From contig NW_027192203.1 of assembly GCF_041956535.1 (NCBI RefSeq), positions 372,001-436,000 on the forward strand: a stretch of DNA of 64,000 bases, in the 5' to 3' direction. A program made the position numbers and the translations under genes. The stretch is from Calcarisporiella thermophila CBS 279.70. Lineage: Eukaryota > Fungi > Calcarisporiellomycota. Each line of letters begins with the position of its first letter. Position 1 is the stretch's first letter. The notes below the pieces were generated by a model. It worked only from the letters and a program-made list of their open reading frames with translations, ran no database searches and was not told the DNA's origin. Positions 11,763 to 24,148 of the stretch are shown here, one piece after another.

Positions 11763-13240
11763 TTACTGTGATGATGGATGTCCCTCGCGCTCTTTAACCG
11801 GGTCTAAAGACAGAAAGAGCAAGGGGTTTAGGGGTTAGCAAAACACTCGGCATGCTATCCAATGCATTCAGTCCTCACCGAAATAGGGGTGGCGCATTGC
11901 CTCGCGCGGCGTTAATCGATCTTGGTGGTCGTAGCGTAGCAGTTTGTCCAGGAAGTCGATGGCGGCAGGGGATACAAACCGCTGGTTCTCTGCGGTGATG
12001 AATTTGTTCCATGGTTTCCGTGGGTACCTGTAGAGGGAGAGATCCATCGCGTCGGTCACCCTGGGCATGGAAGGGGAGAGAAAGGGGAGAGGGGGGGCTG
12101 GGCTCACTTACCTGCCAAGGATGTCATCGTATTGCGAATCCAGCTCAATCCCATACTTCTTCAAATAGGCAAATAGTTCGTCCGTTCCAAGCACCTTTGC
12201 GATCTTGACAAGCTGGTCGTAGTTGTCGTGCCCGTGGAAGAAGGGCTCCTTGCGGAAGATCATGCTTGCGAACATGCACCCAAGACTCCACATGTCAAGG
12301 GAGTAGTCATATTCTTGGAAGTCGACGAGCAGCTCGGGGCCTTTGAAGTAGCGTGATGCAACCCGCACGTTATACTCCGTCCCCGGATGGTAAAATTCAG
12401 CAAGCCCCCAGTCAATCAGCCGTAACTAAAGAAATACAACACATCAATCCAGCCGCCATGCGATCTCTCCCCCCCTAGACACCAGCAATGCTTACGGTTC
12501 GCTTTTCATGATCAATCATTACATTATGCGGTTTTACATCGCGGTGCATGATGCCCTTGGAGTGGCAGAAATCAAGGGCCTAGCAAACAAATTCACGGCT
12601 CAGCACATGGCCCCGAAAATGGAGGAGGCGATCAGAGGCAAAGTCCTACCTTGAGCAGTTCCAGCATATAATACCGAATGTCGTAATCAGTAAACTTGGG
12701 GTACAGCGTCTTGAAATCGGTGTTATTAATATACTCGAAGATTAACGATGGAGTCTTCGACTGCAAGGCAAGGAAGAAAAGGAAACGGTTAACATTTGCC
12801 CATCCATGCGCATCGTTTTTCCATGCACGGCTTACTTGTGGATCGCGCACTACATCCAACAGCGAGATAATGTTTGGGCCGCCGGCCAGGTTCTGTAAGA
12901 TCTTGATCTCCCTCTTGATCTTCTTCTTCTTCACGGGCTTCAGCACTTTGATGACACACTTTTCGCCCCGCATCGCCATATTTACGCCCTCAAACACTTC
13001 GGAGTACTTACCGCGGCCGATTTTGCGCACGATTTCGTAGTTATCTTGGGTGCTAGTGATCGGAGATGGGGGAGAGGGGAGATGATGAAAAATAGAGATT
13101 AAGTCCCCAATCTCGAGGCCAGCATGAAAAAATGGAGATAGTTACCCCCACTGAACCTGCAAGTTGTCGTAATCCCAATAGTCGCGAGGCATGTTTTGGT
13201 TCACATAGGCATACTCTCGCGCGATGCTTGTGTAGGACAT
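11763..13240 (-). CDS. CKA1: Casein kinase II catalytic (alpha) subunit; multi-exon
   Basis: [75 protein letters not shown]. Confidence 0.98.
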
Positions 13241-13712
13241 CTTGACACCAATATATAAGTATTCAAAGTGATATTCTACTGAAAAAAAGTCTCGTTATAA
13301 ATCCAACGAGAGAATGGTTGAAACAAAGAGGTAAAGAGTGAGATTATAATAATAAGCTAAGATCCTTCAGATGGTGTCGTGCCCGTAATCAAAAGTAAAC
13401 ATGAATGGATGTTGATCGCGCTCGCGTATTTTTTTTTTAACTCTTAGCACGAAGTGAGACGCAGTAAAATTGTTTACAAATCGCCCATTCATCTTCCACT
13501 AGTGGAAATTTTCTTGGTTAGGAGACCCATTTTATTAGCGTCGTTTTAAATAGCATATTACAAAAAAGAAGAAAAAAAAAAGAGCAGTGTGATATGAGGA
13601 AAAAGTCGTTCAAGCCAGCTCTTAGACAAGTATATTGAAGTATACCTAATAGAAATTTTGAAGCACCAGATATACGGGTATTATCCTATCATATTGTACA
13701 GCTCTCTATATA

Positions 13713-14458
13713 TCAGCCATTGCAGTATTTGGGCGGAGGCTCTTCTCTCTCTACGTAGAGCGGCAATGGCTCATGAAATGGCTCCTGCAGCCAATATGGC
13801 TGTCCACGCATATATGTATATTCCCCTTCACTATTTAAGGTACGGATGAAAGCATCCTCTTGTGAGTGGTTTTTAGCTTGGCAATGCCGCACTAGGAGTA
13901 CAAGCAGCCGGCCAGTTGCAGCAACGGCTGGCACTGTGGTCACGATGATCCACCATATACGCAGTGGCAATCCCGTAGCTATATTGGATACTCTAGGCTC
14001 CATTGTGGAAATCTCCTCGCTCTTGAAGTTGGAGTGTTTGGTCGAATTGTATTCGCAAACCGAGTTCGGACCGCAGATGCTGTTACTATCATGTGAATAG
14101 AATAGCTCGGTTACATACGCCGACTACAATTAAAAATCCAACTCTGCCCCAAAAGGGAGGCATACTTGGAGCAGTGGCTATCATTGACACAATATTTCCC
14201 AATCCCGCTATAGGCTACACAGCTCGTAGCTCTTTCGTCATTGGCAAGGGGCACCGTATAACAATATCCATAGCGTATATCACATGCGGCAGTTTCACAT
14301 TCGTCGAATGACTTCCTGGGTGGGAGCTGGCATACCCCATTGCGGCACAAATGGCATTCGCTCTCGACGCAGATTTTATAACAGTCCAGCGTGCATTTAG
14401 AAAACGTCATTGGAAGTATGAGTGATATAATTAAGAGAAGAAGGAGCAGGGATGCCAT
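13713..14458 (-). CDS. Uncharacterised 221-aa type I membrane protein: signal peptide, 14-Cys ectodomain, one TM segment, PY-motif tail; intron 14086-14165
   Basis: MASLLLLLLIISLILPMTFS signal; a GTATGC...ATAG intron joins ORFs 14111-14650 and 13713-14003 in frame (293+373=666 nt); tail has LPLY and PPKY. Confidence 0.75.
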
Positions 14459-15124
14459 AGCGTCATCTTTAAGGATGCGGCGAAGAAGTGTAGAGAAGAG
14501 AGTGAGACTCGGGGCCAAGGACCGGCCATTTAATTCTATGATTCTACACTTAATCGGAATAATTACTAGAATTGGTGACACCAATGCGGAAAGCTTTAAA
14601 TTGGAGTGTGCTAATCTTAAATCTCTCTCTCCTGTGTTCCGACGCAACAAAGATGAAAATTGACATATTCTAAATGTTTACGTATTCAGAAGGGATAGCT
14701 CACAACATGAGTTCAATAGCTTTTTTATTTCATTACTTCTGCGTTATTCCAAAAAAAAATACTGTTATTATAGACTGGGTGGGAATGGTTGCCTTGGTTC
14801 ATAATTTCTCATTATCGCGTGTCTGTGAGGATTAATGTTGTTTGATTAGGTCCGAGAAAATCAATCCTTGAAATAAAGGCCATCGAAGTTCTACGAAGCG
14901 CTGAGAGGGCGTAAATTATTTGCGACTCATATTCATGGTATTAATTGCGTCCCTTCACGCTCATCAGTCTTCTTTTTTACAGTATATCCATCCAATAAAG
15001 TATATCCTGCCGGGGCAAAAACACACCTATGGGTGCAAGCACATACTTCGAAATGTTTAGGGAATAGGGTTCTATCTCTCATATACTAATAAATATTTGA
15101 TTTTCATTCAAAGTTATAGCATGT

Positions 15125-16313
15125 TTAAAATAGTTGCAAGATGCAGTAGGATATCATGGAGAGAGAAGCCCAGAGAGAAAACGCCGTCCAAGCACTCAAC
15201 CCGGAACTCCCGCTTCCAAACTTTATCCCATTTTGCTTAGCGGTTGGGCCGCTACCGTTGTTCAACGCGCCAAGTGGACGTGGGGTGTAGGTGACGCCGT
15301 TGAGCTGTGCAGCAAGCTGGAAAGCGGCTCCGCCCCCCTCTTCATAGAAATCGACGGTGATAAAGTTTGGAATGGCGCCAAAAGTGGCGCGACAATTGTT
15401 GATGTGGGATGCAAGGCTTTGGGTATTGGTGACGGCAGCCTAGTAGGGGATAAACACCAGGTTTAGAACTTACACATTGGAAATAGAAAAGCGCCGAAAA
15501 TGGCAACGTACCGCTCCTCGTTGGGGTATTTTAATCTCATTGTTTCCCAGGAAAGTACCATAAATAAAGCTGGCACGAGCAAGATAATAGGTATTAGCGA
15601 CTTCGGTGGAACAGAGTTAAGGATAGGATGACTTACTGGTTTAGGTTGTACATGTCTCCTCGTTTTCCAGTCTTTGGCCGATCCACCACACATTTGAACT
15701 GGTCAGGGGATGGAACTTCGAAAGGTGTCTCATATATGTACGTGAAGTGATCCAAGAGCCAGGGCTGCGAAGGATCGGTTCCAACATCAATGAAGTTGAT
15801 AAGCCGTTTATTTGTGCTGACGAGCTCTCCAAGGGTCGGCCAGTTCTTGTCGTTAGCGGTTCTGGTGTACACCAGGTCCAATACTCCACTAGCCTTATAA
15901 ACCGCAGCGAAGGTTGCGGCTGGGAGCTTATCAAAATTCTCCCATAGGATGGTAACAACTTCGCCGGGGTTAGAACGCAAGAATGCATTAATCTGCTTAA
16001 GTGTATCCCCGAGGCTACCAGCGTCAAGGAGGCTGCATGAGGTGTGGCAGAGCTCAATAAGATTCGTCGCGTTAGCCGCGGGAGGTTTGTGCGCATCCAG
16101 CATGAGGGCACGCACGCCATCCTTTAGCTGGGTTGGGATATCAAAATTCTGATTAGCTGCTATGTTTTTGCCGAATGCAAATGAATTGTGAGTTGCTATT
16201 TGGGCATATTGATTGTAGGGCTTGGCGCATAACTGGGGATAGCCATTGCAGATCTGCTGGGCTGTGGAGAGAGAAAAAAGAAATGCGGAAGCAACTAATG
16301 CGAAGAGCATCAT
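15125..16313 (-). CDS. Secreted PI-PLC X-domain / PLC-like phosphodiesterase, probably GPI-anchored
   Basis: Signal peptide, ICNGYPQLCAKPY, ATHNSFA, NQNFDIPTQLKDGVRALMLDAH, LCHTSCSLLDAG; hydrophobic C-terminus FGSGSSGLSAWTAFSLWASLSMISYCILQLF*. Confidence 0.88.
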
Positions 16314-16718
16314 TTGCTTAGAAGATAAACAAAGAGCGAAATGAGATAAAAACGGGGGGGAAAGCGGGGGGAAATAAAAGGAAAAGAAGGGGAATGAGGG
16401 GAGGGGAACAAAAAAGGCTGCGAAAAAGAGGGGTATGATGAAGCGGAAAGAAGGGATTTACAGCTATGAAAAGAAGAATCCGCAAAACTCTTTTATCTTT
16501 GGAAATGAACAAGAGGAGAACAGCTCTACCATTGTACAAAATTATAGCTTTGACCAATTATGCCCCCCTCTAGCCTATTATGGAGCTTTCTATTTTAACG
16601 AACATGCATCTCCTCTTTTTAAGCATTAACAAATCAACTTAAGATAATCGAACTATCTATTTAAGCTTTAGCCCGCTTGGTGGCCAAATTTCTAAATCAC
16701 TTGCAAGGGCTAAATAAG

Positions 16719-17411
16719 ATGACTGATAATCATCGTATTCCAGTGTTCGTCTTAATGGTAATTCGTTCTGTTGCTGCTGTATACTGGATCCATTTCTGAA
16801 GCCGGGAAATTGTTTCCCTCTCTATCCGCTATCAATAGGGCGTGGCGGGAAGCGGAAAAACGAGTATTGGTTTAGAGCTTGAGAAAATTCTTTCCTGTCC
16901 ATTAGTGGAGGGTGATGATTATCATCCAAAATGCAACGTCGACAAAATGTCCAAAGGCCAGCCACTAAACGATTACGATAGGTGAAAAATACGCTCCTTT
17001 CTTTGTTTTTCGAAGATGAGAATTTTGTTATTAAATTTCCATCGATTCAGGTTTCCATGGCTCGCCTGCTTGCGTTATGTTGTTGAGAGACACTTAGAAA
17101 ACAGCGACACTAAGGCGGTTATACTCATATGCTCAGCATTGAAGCAAATATATCGCGATTTTCTTTTCAGGAATCTTACAAAGGCAATCCCTGTGTTTGT
17201 TTACTTGGATGGGTCCCGTGAATTGCTCCTGGAACGATTGGAAAAACGACAGGGTCACTTTATGGGGGCAAAAATGCTGGATAGCCAGCTGGCTGATCTC
17301 GAAATTCCATCGGAGCATCAACTAGTACGAGTTAAGCTGAACGATGAGAAACAGCCTCTGGATGTGGCTAACGAGATAAACGGATTGATCTCGAAGTATT
17401 TAAAGGGTTAA
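16719..17411 (+). CDS. Gluconokinase (GntK/IdnK family); 3 exons
   Basis: VFVLM|GVAGSGKTS P-loop, EGDDYHPKCNVDKMSKGQPLNDYDR|FPWL, CSALKQIYRD, RQGHFM...LDSQLADLE. Confidence 0.93.
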
Positions 17412-18035
17412 TAATGTGTAATATGCTGTATGGTCCGTTTTTAGTTTCTCCAACAATTAAAATGGAAAATCTTAGAAGAGGTTACCCACTCCACACTCTC
17501 TCAAGTTATACCTTTGCTAGAGAGCTCTGTGTATCCTTAAAACCCCCCAAAACTCCCTCATGCTCTTTTTTTTCTGGTTTCGCGAAAAATTCTATTAGTT
17601 TATGTAAGGGATTTTGAAGTGTTTCGGAAGGGCTGGGTTGGGTGGCTTAAATATTGGGGGACGCTTTGCCCCAATATAGCTTCGCCTCGCGTATATTAAC
17701 CTCATAAAACTGGCCTTACGTTGAATACCTATTAGCAGTGATATCGACCGGCCTGCTTATTCTGATGTGATAGGAAACGTAGCCATCTTTGTAGTGTGGG
17801 GCGTCTTGCCATGGAAATCGATTTTCTAGGTGAAATCCATGGAATGTCAAATTCCCAAAGGTCTAAATCCAAATTGACTCGGATCTCGATTTGATTTCGT
17901 TGTTTGGCTATGGATTGAGGGCATTTGGATCAATAGTTTCTTCTCAAGAGTCACTTGCACAATTGCTATTTTTCCAATTTTTTCTTTTTACTTCTGATCG
18001 GCACAGCACGCTCTTATACACACAGCTTCTCGAGG

Positions 18036-19334
18036 ATGGACATCGATCGTCCTCTTAGTGAGATCATTATAGAGTCCAAGTTGACTTCTAAGAAATTTAG
18101 AGGGCAAGAAAGAAAACGGCCACATCATGAGCCTCCTTCTGGCGGTTATACAACCAGAAAAAATTACACACCACCAGGTAGATCTAGTGTTATCCCGCCT
18201 CGCCAGGATGCCCCGCAATACGAGAAATCCTCTGTCATTAAACGCATAGGTCCCATAAAGAGCGTATCACCGAAACATCGCTCAACACCTTATTCGATCG
18301 CTTCAGTAAGTCGATCCGGACATTGTTTTACTTCTCTTTGAAATTCGAGGTTGGCTAATTGCTTTGATTTCTCTAAATTTTTTAGAGGATATCATATGCC
18401 AGCACTGGAGTAGTGACAAAAAAGCCGCTTCCAGCTGAAGAAAAAACATCTCAAGAGCCCAAACCATCATTGGGCCAGCTTATAATTACTAAAACGGTTG
18501 AGCCCTCACGACGTATTAAAGAACCCCGCAGAATTCTTGACGAGGAGAAATCTACAGTGAAACCAAAACCAAAGCCTAAGGAATCGGTTGCTCCTGTGCA
18601 ACGAAAGAAGGAAACACCCAAGAAGATTGTGGAGGAGAAGCCAACTAGAACTAGAGAAAGAGTGACTAGAAGCACGGAGAAGAAAGTCAACGAGGATGCG
18701 ATGGAGGAGGATGAAGTAAAACCGGTGGTGGTGACAGAACGCCAGAAGAAGCAGGAAGCTCCTGTGGTAGCGGTCGAGAACACAGCATCAGCAGAAGGAG
18801 GTTTGGTCCCACTTCGTGGGCTTGCGGGCGGAAACCGTACTGAATACACAATTAAGGGTGAGAGCGGGCCAGCGGTAGTTCTGGTGAGCAATCTGGATCC
18901 GATGACGAGTGCAGATGATATCAAGGTAGAAAATTGAATTTTCATAGTGAGCAAGCAACCAAGAGGCTGGAAAATTCAATCTTGCCATTTTTTGTTTTAG
19001 GTTGCCTTTAGTGAATTTGGGGAAATTCATGCTTGTTGTGTTTCCATGGATTCCAACAATCTTTCGGGCATAGCAGAGGTGGAATTCGCAAGGAAGGCTA
19101 GCGCCTTAGCATGCATTCAGCGATACCACCGCCAGATAGCCGATGGTATGGATATCAAATCTAGCTTACTGACTCATTTCTATGGTGGAATAAGATAAAA
19201 TATCAATCTTTGCTTCCCCCCGTTTCCTACCTCTGATAATAGATCGGGTCCTGAAGGTGGAATTGGTACGAGAACGTAAACTGATTGGTACAATGGCAAC
19301 TAGGAGTCGTATGCAAGCTAGCGACTACTGGTGA
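18036..19334 (+). CDS. RRM-containing RNA-binding protein, possibly of the Yra1/ALYREF/POLDIP3 mRNA-export adaptor type; 4 exons
   Basis: N-terminal MDIDRPLSEII resembles the UAP56-binding LDxSLDDII motif; charged linker; C-terminal RRM VLVSNLDPMTSADDIK|VAFSEFG...GIAEVEF...AD|RVLKVEL. Confidence 0.75.
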
Positions 19335-19632
19335 AGTTGGGTTGAATACGCAGGCGCTATTTTCCTCTCTCTATCGTCTCCTTATTTTTCTTTGGATTTC
19401 TGAGTACGCACATACTCCTTTGTTATCTTCGAAAATGACATAGTCCTAGAAGATAACCTTTCCTTTAAATTGATAAATATCTATATTTCATCCCAATAAT
19501 AAATAATGTTTTAATGGTGCAGATGGTTATTTAGAGGATGAATTCCGTGTCGCATGCTATCCGTTGTGTCGGATGCATTAGTATTGAAATGAATAAGGTA
19601 TTTGATGACGAGCAAATAGCTAAAGACTCTTT

Positions 19633-20284
19633 TCATGAAACTGATTTATTGCTACGTTCTTTATTCTCAATATTCATAGCTGTCAGCCTCTCAATGTGTA
19701 CTTGATCTACGTATGGCTGCACGCGCCATAGCGCAGCAAATGTGGCGCGGTGTTGGGTAGTCGAGCAAGAATGTAAAAGGGTGCGAACGATGGTATCCTT
19801 AAGCGTATATTCATCGTCAAAAGCGAGCACACAGTCAAATAGAGTCTGAAGAAGGGATGATTCAGCAGCCGGGAGAACAGCAGCGAGGCGATCGCGCAGA
19901 GAATAAAGCTGGGTCAGGATGTCTCGCACTAGCGATAAGTTAGTATGATAAAAAGGGTAGAGAATTGAAAAAAGAAATTACTTGCTTGCAGGGAATCCGT
20001 AAGTTCTCCAGATTTGGAGTGAATGTCAGAGCCTGTAGCAGATAATTGGTGTTAAAAACAAGAGAGTAATCCGAAAGTACGTAGCAAATGGTTACCAGAT
20101 TGGTCAATTACTCGGATTACATCGGCACTTTTGCTATTTATTTCGTTCCATTCTGTGACTCTACTCAAGAGAATATAAGTCAGGGATCGAGATGAATTTG
20201 CTTGCAATTGTCACTCAATCCGTTGGAATACTGCACCGTTCTAAGAATTGTGAGATGAGCCGCTTTACTTCTGACATTGGACAT
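19633..20284 (-). CDS. Small helical protein of about 150 aa, CINP-like; 4 exons
   Basis: Three GT-AG introns give a continuous frame MSNVRSK...TVQ|VTEWNEINSKSADVI...|...|MRDILTQL...EYTLKDTIV...FAALWRVQPYVD; family assignment is from remembered motif similarity only. Confidence 0.6.
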
Positions 20285-20806
20285 TGGTTAGTTGGATTTC
20301 GGGAGATATTAGCAAAATCGATAGTCAAACTAAATTATGTTGCTTCATCTGTGACTGCGATACAATTAGAGCCTAACTTTGCTATCATGTCGAGCAATAT
20401 GCAGAATATAAAAAAAACGAGTATTACTGTGTCTTTTTCCAATTCTGTGTATTATTTAACAGTAGTGCATTTTTTTTTAGTTTCAAACACTTGTATTGAA
20501 TCACATCTATCAGTATAAACTGTCCTTAAATTCTCTCGGTCTGAATGATTTCAGTGGCAATAGCTTTAGGTAAGAAACAGTTAGAACAGGGGCCATTAAA
20601 ATTTTGTCCAAAATTTTTTATTTGATTTTTAAAATCTCAAGTGAGATTAGACAAAAAAAAAAGAGAATACTAGTTTTTGTCTTAATACCGCGTGTTTCAC
20701 GTCAGAACTTATATCCCAGCCATGCCATAAAAAAATGACAAAAGAGTAGCAATTTCCCAGAATAATAGATATAGAGTGTGTGATAAATCTGAACTCTCTC
20801 AAAAAT

Positions 20807-23458
20807 TTAGAGTCTTCGAGAGCCCAACCATCGATCTGCCTCCTCAAACTGCCCCCCTAACTCTTTGGAGATTGCACCACCCTCCACGAGCACTTTGACT
20901 CCTGCAACTACCTTGTCCCAAAATTGGAACCCACTCTTCAAGTCTCCTCGCACATTCTTGCACGCAGTAAACACTTCCTCCACGTTTTTCGCCGCTTCCT
21001 CCTTCGTCATTTCTGAACTTAAGACACGATCCAGATAGGTTTTGCTTACGATGCCCAGAGCATCATTCACATCCTGCAGATAGGGGGTATTTTCATAGAT
21101 ATTGAAATAATCGTCTTGAGCGCGCTTGCACTCACCGTGGAGGAACATGGAGAGAATCAGCATTTCGAAGAGATTACGTAGGGTCCGCGCCCCAGCTTTT
21201 ACAAAGGAGTTGAAGCAGAGAAGTTCCCGGTTCAACGGGCCGGTCCAGGGGGAATTGTGGAATTGCATCGGGAGCAAGGAGAGCGTTCGCGTGATGAGTA
21301 GAACGTGTTTTTTCTCGGCATCTAAAGAAAAAAATGGGTAAGATTCACAGCCCACCGACCACTAAGTTCTCTCTCCCCGCTCTAACCTGTTCCAATTGAA
21401 GGAGCCCCGTGGTACGTGCGGCTGTAATGGTCAGCCTTCAGCACTCCATGTTTGATCAGCTCGAATGCAAGTAGCAACTGTTCCTGTGCAATTGGCGGAA
21501 GCCTCTTTTCGCCTTTTTCGGTTGCCAATGCTTTGGCCAATGCTTGCCCCCACACCGTATGGGTATTCTCAGGAGTTAGATATCCCCTCAATCGGAGCCC
21601 ACGCCACAGTGCATTCGCCAAAATTTCATCTTTATTCTCCAGCGGTTTAGCTCCCTCTAATTTTGATGTTTTCAGAGGACGATCCTTTTTTGCCGTGGCA
21701 TTCAAGCAGAACGCCAAGTCCACCCCAGAACTCACATCTAGGCGCTTCATCTCCTCTCGCACCACTTCACCAGAAACTTGCCATTTTAAGCCTTCACCTG
21801 CCGATTTATGATGCACCATCGGGTGCTCATTGGTGGGCTCATACCATTGCAATGACACCACCCGCTTTGACTGGTAGAATTGATGAAGGGGTTGAGTTAA
21901 TAAGTCAAGCGACTGTGCGCGAACTTCTTGGAGGTCGTTGACGAAATTTCGGTATTCCGTTGTATCACCATTGCAGAGTGGCGGCGACTCAACCAGCATC
22001 CCCGAAACGAGTGTGTTGATCACCTGGGTACCGATAAGGGATTTTGAGATGTAATAATAGATGTCGTCGGGTAGCCGATATCCAATAAACTCGTGAATAT
22101 CGCTAAACAGATGAATGGGTGTATTAGTGTACTACATGGCTTGTAGATTTGTCCAATCCACATACCTTGGTGCATTCTCCACATTCAAAGGCTCCACTTT
22201 ACCATCCTCCCCATACACTACGTGATATTTGAGAGCACAGCGAGTGCGACAAAACGTGTCAACATAATTACTCTTGTGCACTGCCGGGTTATCGGAGTAG
22301 AATTGAACTGCATTAAATCCAGTCTTATGCTGCTTGATGAGATCGTGAGTTCCTGGAAGGACAAAAGGAGGTGAATAAAGGTTCGTTCCCGAGCCAGAGC
22401 CAAGAGTACTTACCCTTAAACGAGAAGCCGATATCCGTAGTGAGAATTGGGAACGTGCTGCACCACTCGAAACCAGCAAGAATGCAAATATCCAGAAATT
22501 GATCATCAGAGACTTGGAGATCATTTAGGATGGATTTCTTGCTAATCCAATTGTAATTTCCTTTCTGTCATCATAAGAAAACAATCAATTAGTGACTGAT
22601 TTTAACCATGCGTTATCAGATTAAAAACTGACCTCGAGATCGAAGCTGATAATGATCTTATCAACATCGTACATCAGCAGTTCCGAACCTCCGTACAAGG
22701 CGTGCACGTAATTTTTGGGGTGATTATGCAAGTAGACGAGCTAGGTAGCAAAATAATAAATGTATAAATAAAACTCTCGCTGTACCACTCGGCAAAAAAT
22801 ACGCACCTGTCCCCAGGAAGAGTAGGGAGCACGCATAAATTCTATTCCGCGATCATATAACACTTTGAATACAGAATTTAGTAGATCGGGCTGATGGATT
22901 GAACCCGAAGTGAGCCATGCGCTCATTGCTTGATCAGTTTTGCCACGCTCGTAGTGTTCCCAACCCGTGGCCCTTTTCGAGGGCCGATGATCCTCGGTGG
23001 AGAAGGGCTTGTCCTTTCGTGTAATATTCAGCCCATTAAAAACGAAAAAGGGTTGAATTCCATGTGATCTGCAATATAGATTAGTTATATTTTGTGTAGA
23101 GTGTGCTTTTGAGATGTTGATATATTACGCAAACAAGTCTAATTCTCGCTCTATTGCAGCTCTCAAACCCAATGGTATACCACCCATCGCCACCACAGCA
23201 GGCTCCTTGACGGTTGTCTGCAATAAGCGTCGGAGCCAATGACTTCCTTCGATACCCACTCGTGTATCACGCAGTTGATTTATCGAAGATGTCTGAACAA
23301 GTCTCCGCTCAGCAATGAAAACTTAAAAAAACGATAGAGAGGTCAGTAATTAAAATACACTTGTAAAGGCATGCGAGAAATATACACATGTACATAGATC
23401 AATGCGAAAATCTCGAGAGATTGACTAAATACTTACTGTCAAAATGGCGGATCGGCAT
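20807..23458 (-). CDS. MKT1: Mkt1 post-transcriptional regulator (XPG/PIN-like N-terminus); multi-exon
   Basis: MPIRHFD|IFIAERR, VGIEGSHWLRRL, EPAVVAMGGIPLGL, IQPFFVFNGL, FMRAPYSSWGQ|LVYL, GYRLPDDIYYY, WTGPLNRELLCFNSFV. Confidence 0.9.
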
Positions 23459-24148
23459 CTTTTAAGATGTGATCTTCCTTTACTCAGAGCAAAATAGAAT
23501 GCGAACGAAATATTGTCTATACAGTGGCTAAAGTCGCGCTCAATCTATTATTTTTTAGGGTGGATAGGGAGATATTAAGTCTCAAAGGTCGTTTCGCGTA
23601 AACCAGGAAAATATTATCTGCGCCACATAATCCAATTAATTATTTAGAATGGTCGCGACTAGAGGCCCAATTATCTTGATAGAGCATTTATAATAATATA
23701 CACTCTATTAAGCACAAAATATAGGACCAGGTTGCCACAGATATTTCCTACAAAAATCACAGATATATATTTATTATCATAGTATGTGAGAGTTTTTTTT
23801 GGCAAAACTGTAAAGCTATGGACTTGGCAATTTATTAAGAACGCACTCTAAACTTAATGGAGCTTTTTTCATTTGATATTTTCGTAGAGTCTATCTACTA
23901 CATATGAACGCTAATAGCATCAATAACCACTCTAATCTGCAACCCTATACCCAAAATCGCGGCTATTTTGCTATTTCCAAACTCCAGTTTGCATTTACCT
24001 GATATTTAAATGGCTCAACGAAACACTTGATTTGAAGAATCGGGTGGCTGATTTATTTTTTTTTTTCCTGAAGACTACGAGTTAGAATCCTTTTGTTCCT
24101 GGGCAATCTACAGTGGTTTATAGACGTCAATTTTTATGATGATATGAA

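Noticed and set aside
11823-11838. GGGGTTTAGGGGTTAG telomere-like sequence
   Set aside because: Two imperfect units inside a CK2 intron, overlapping the minus-strand CTAAC branch site
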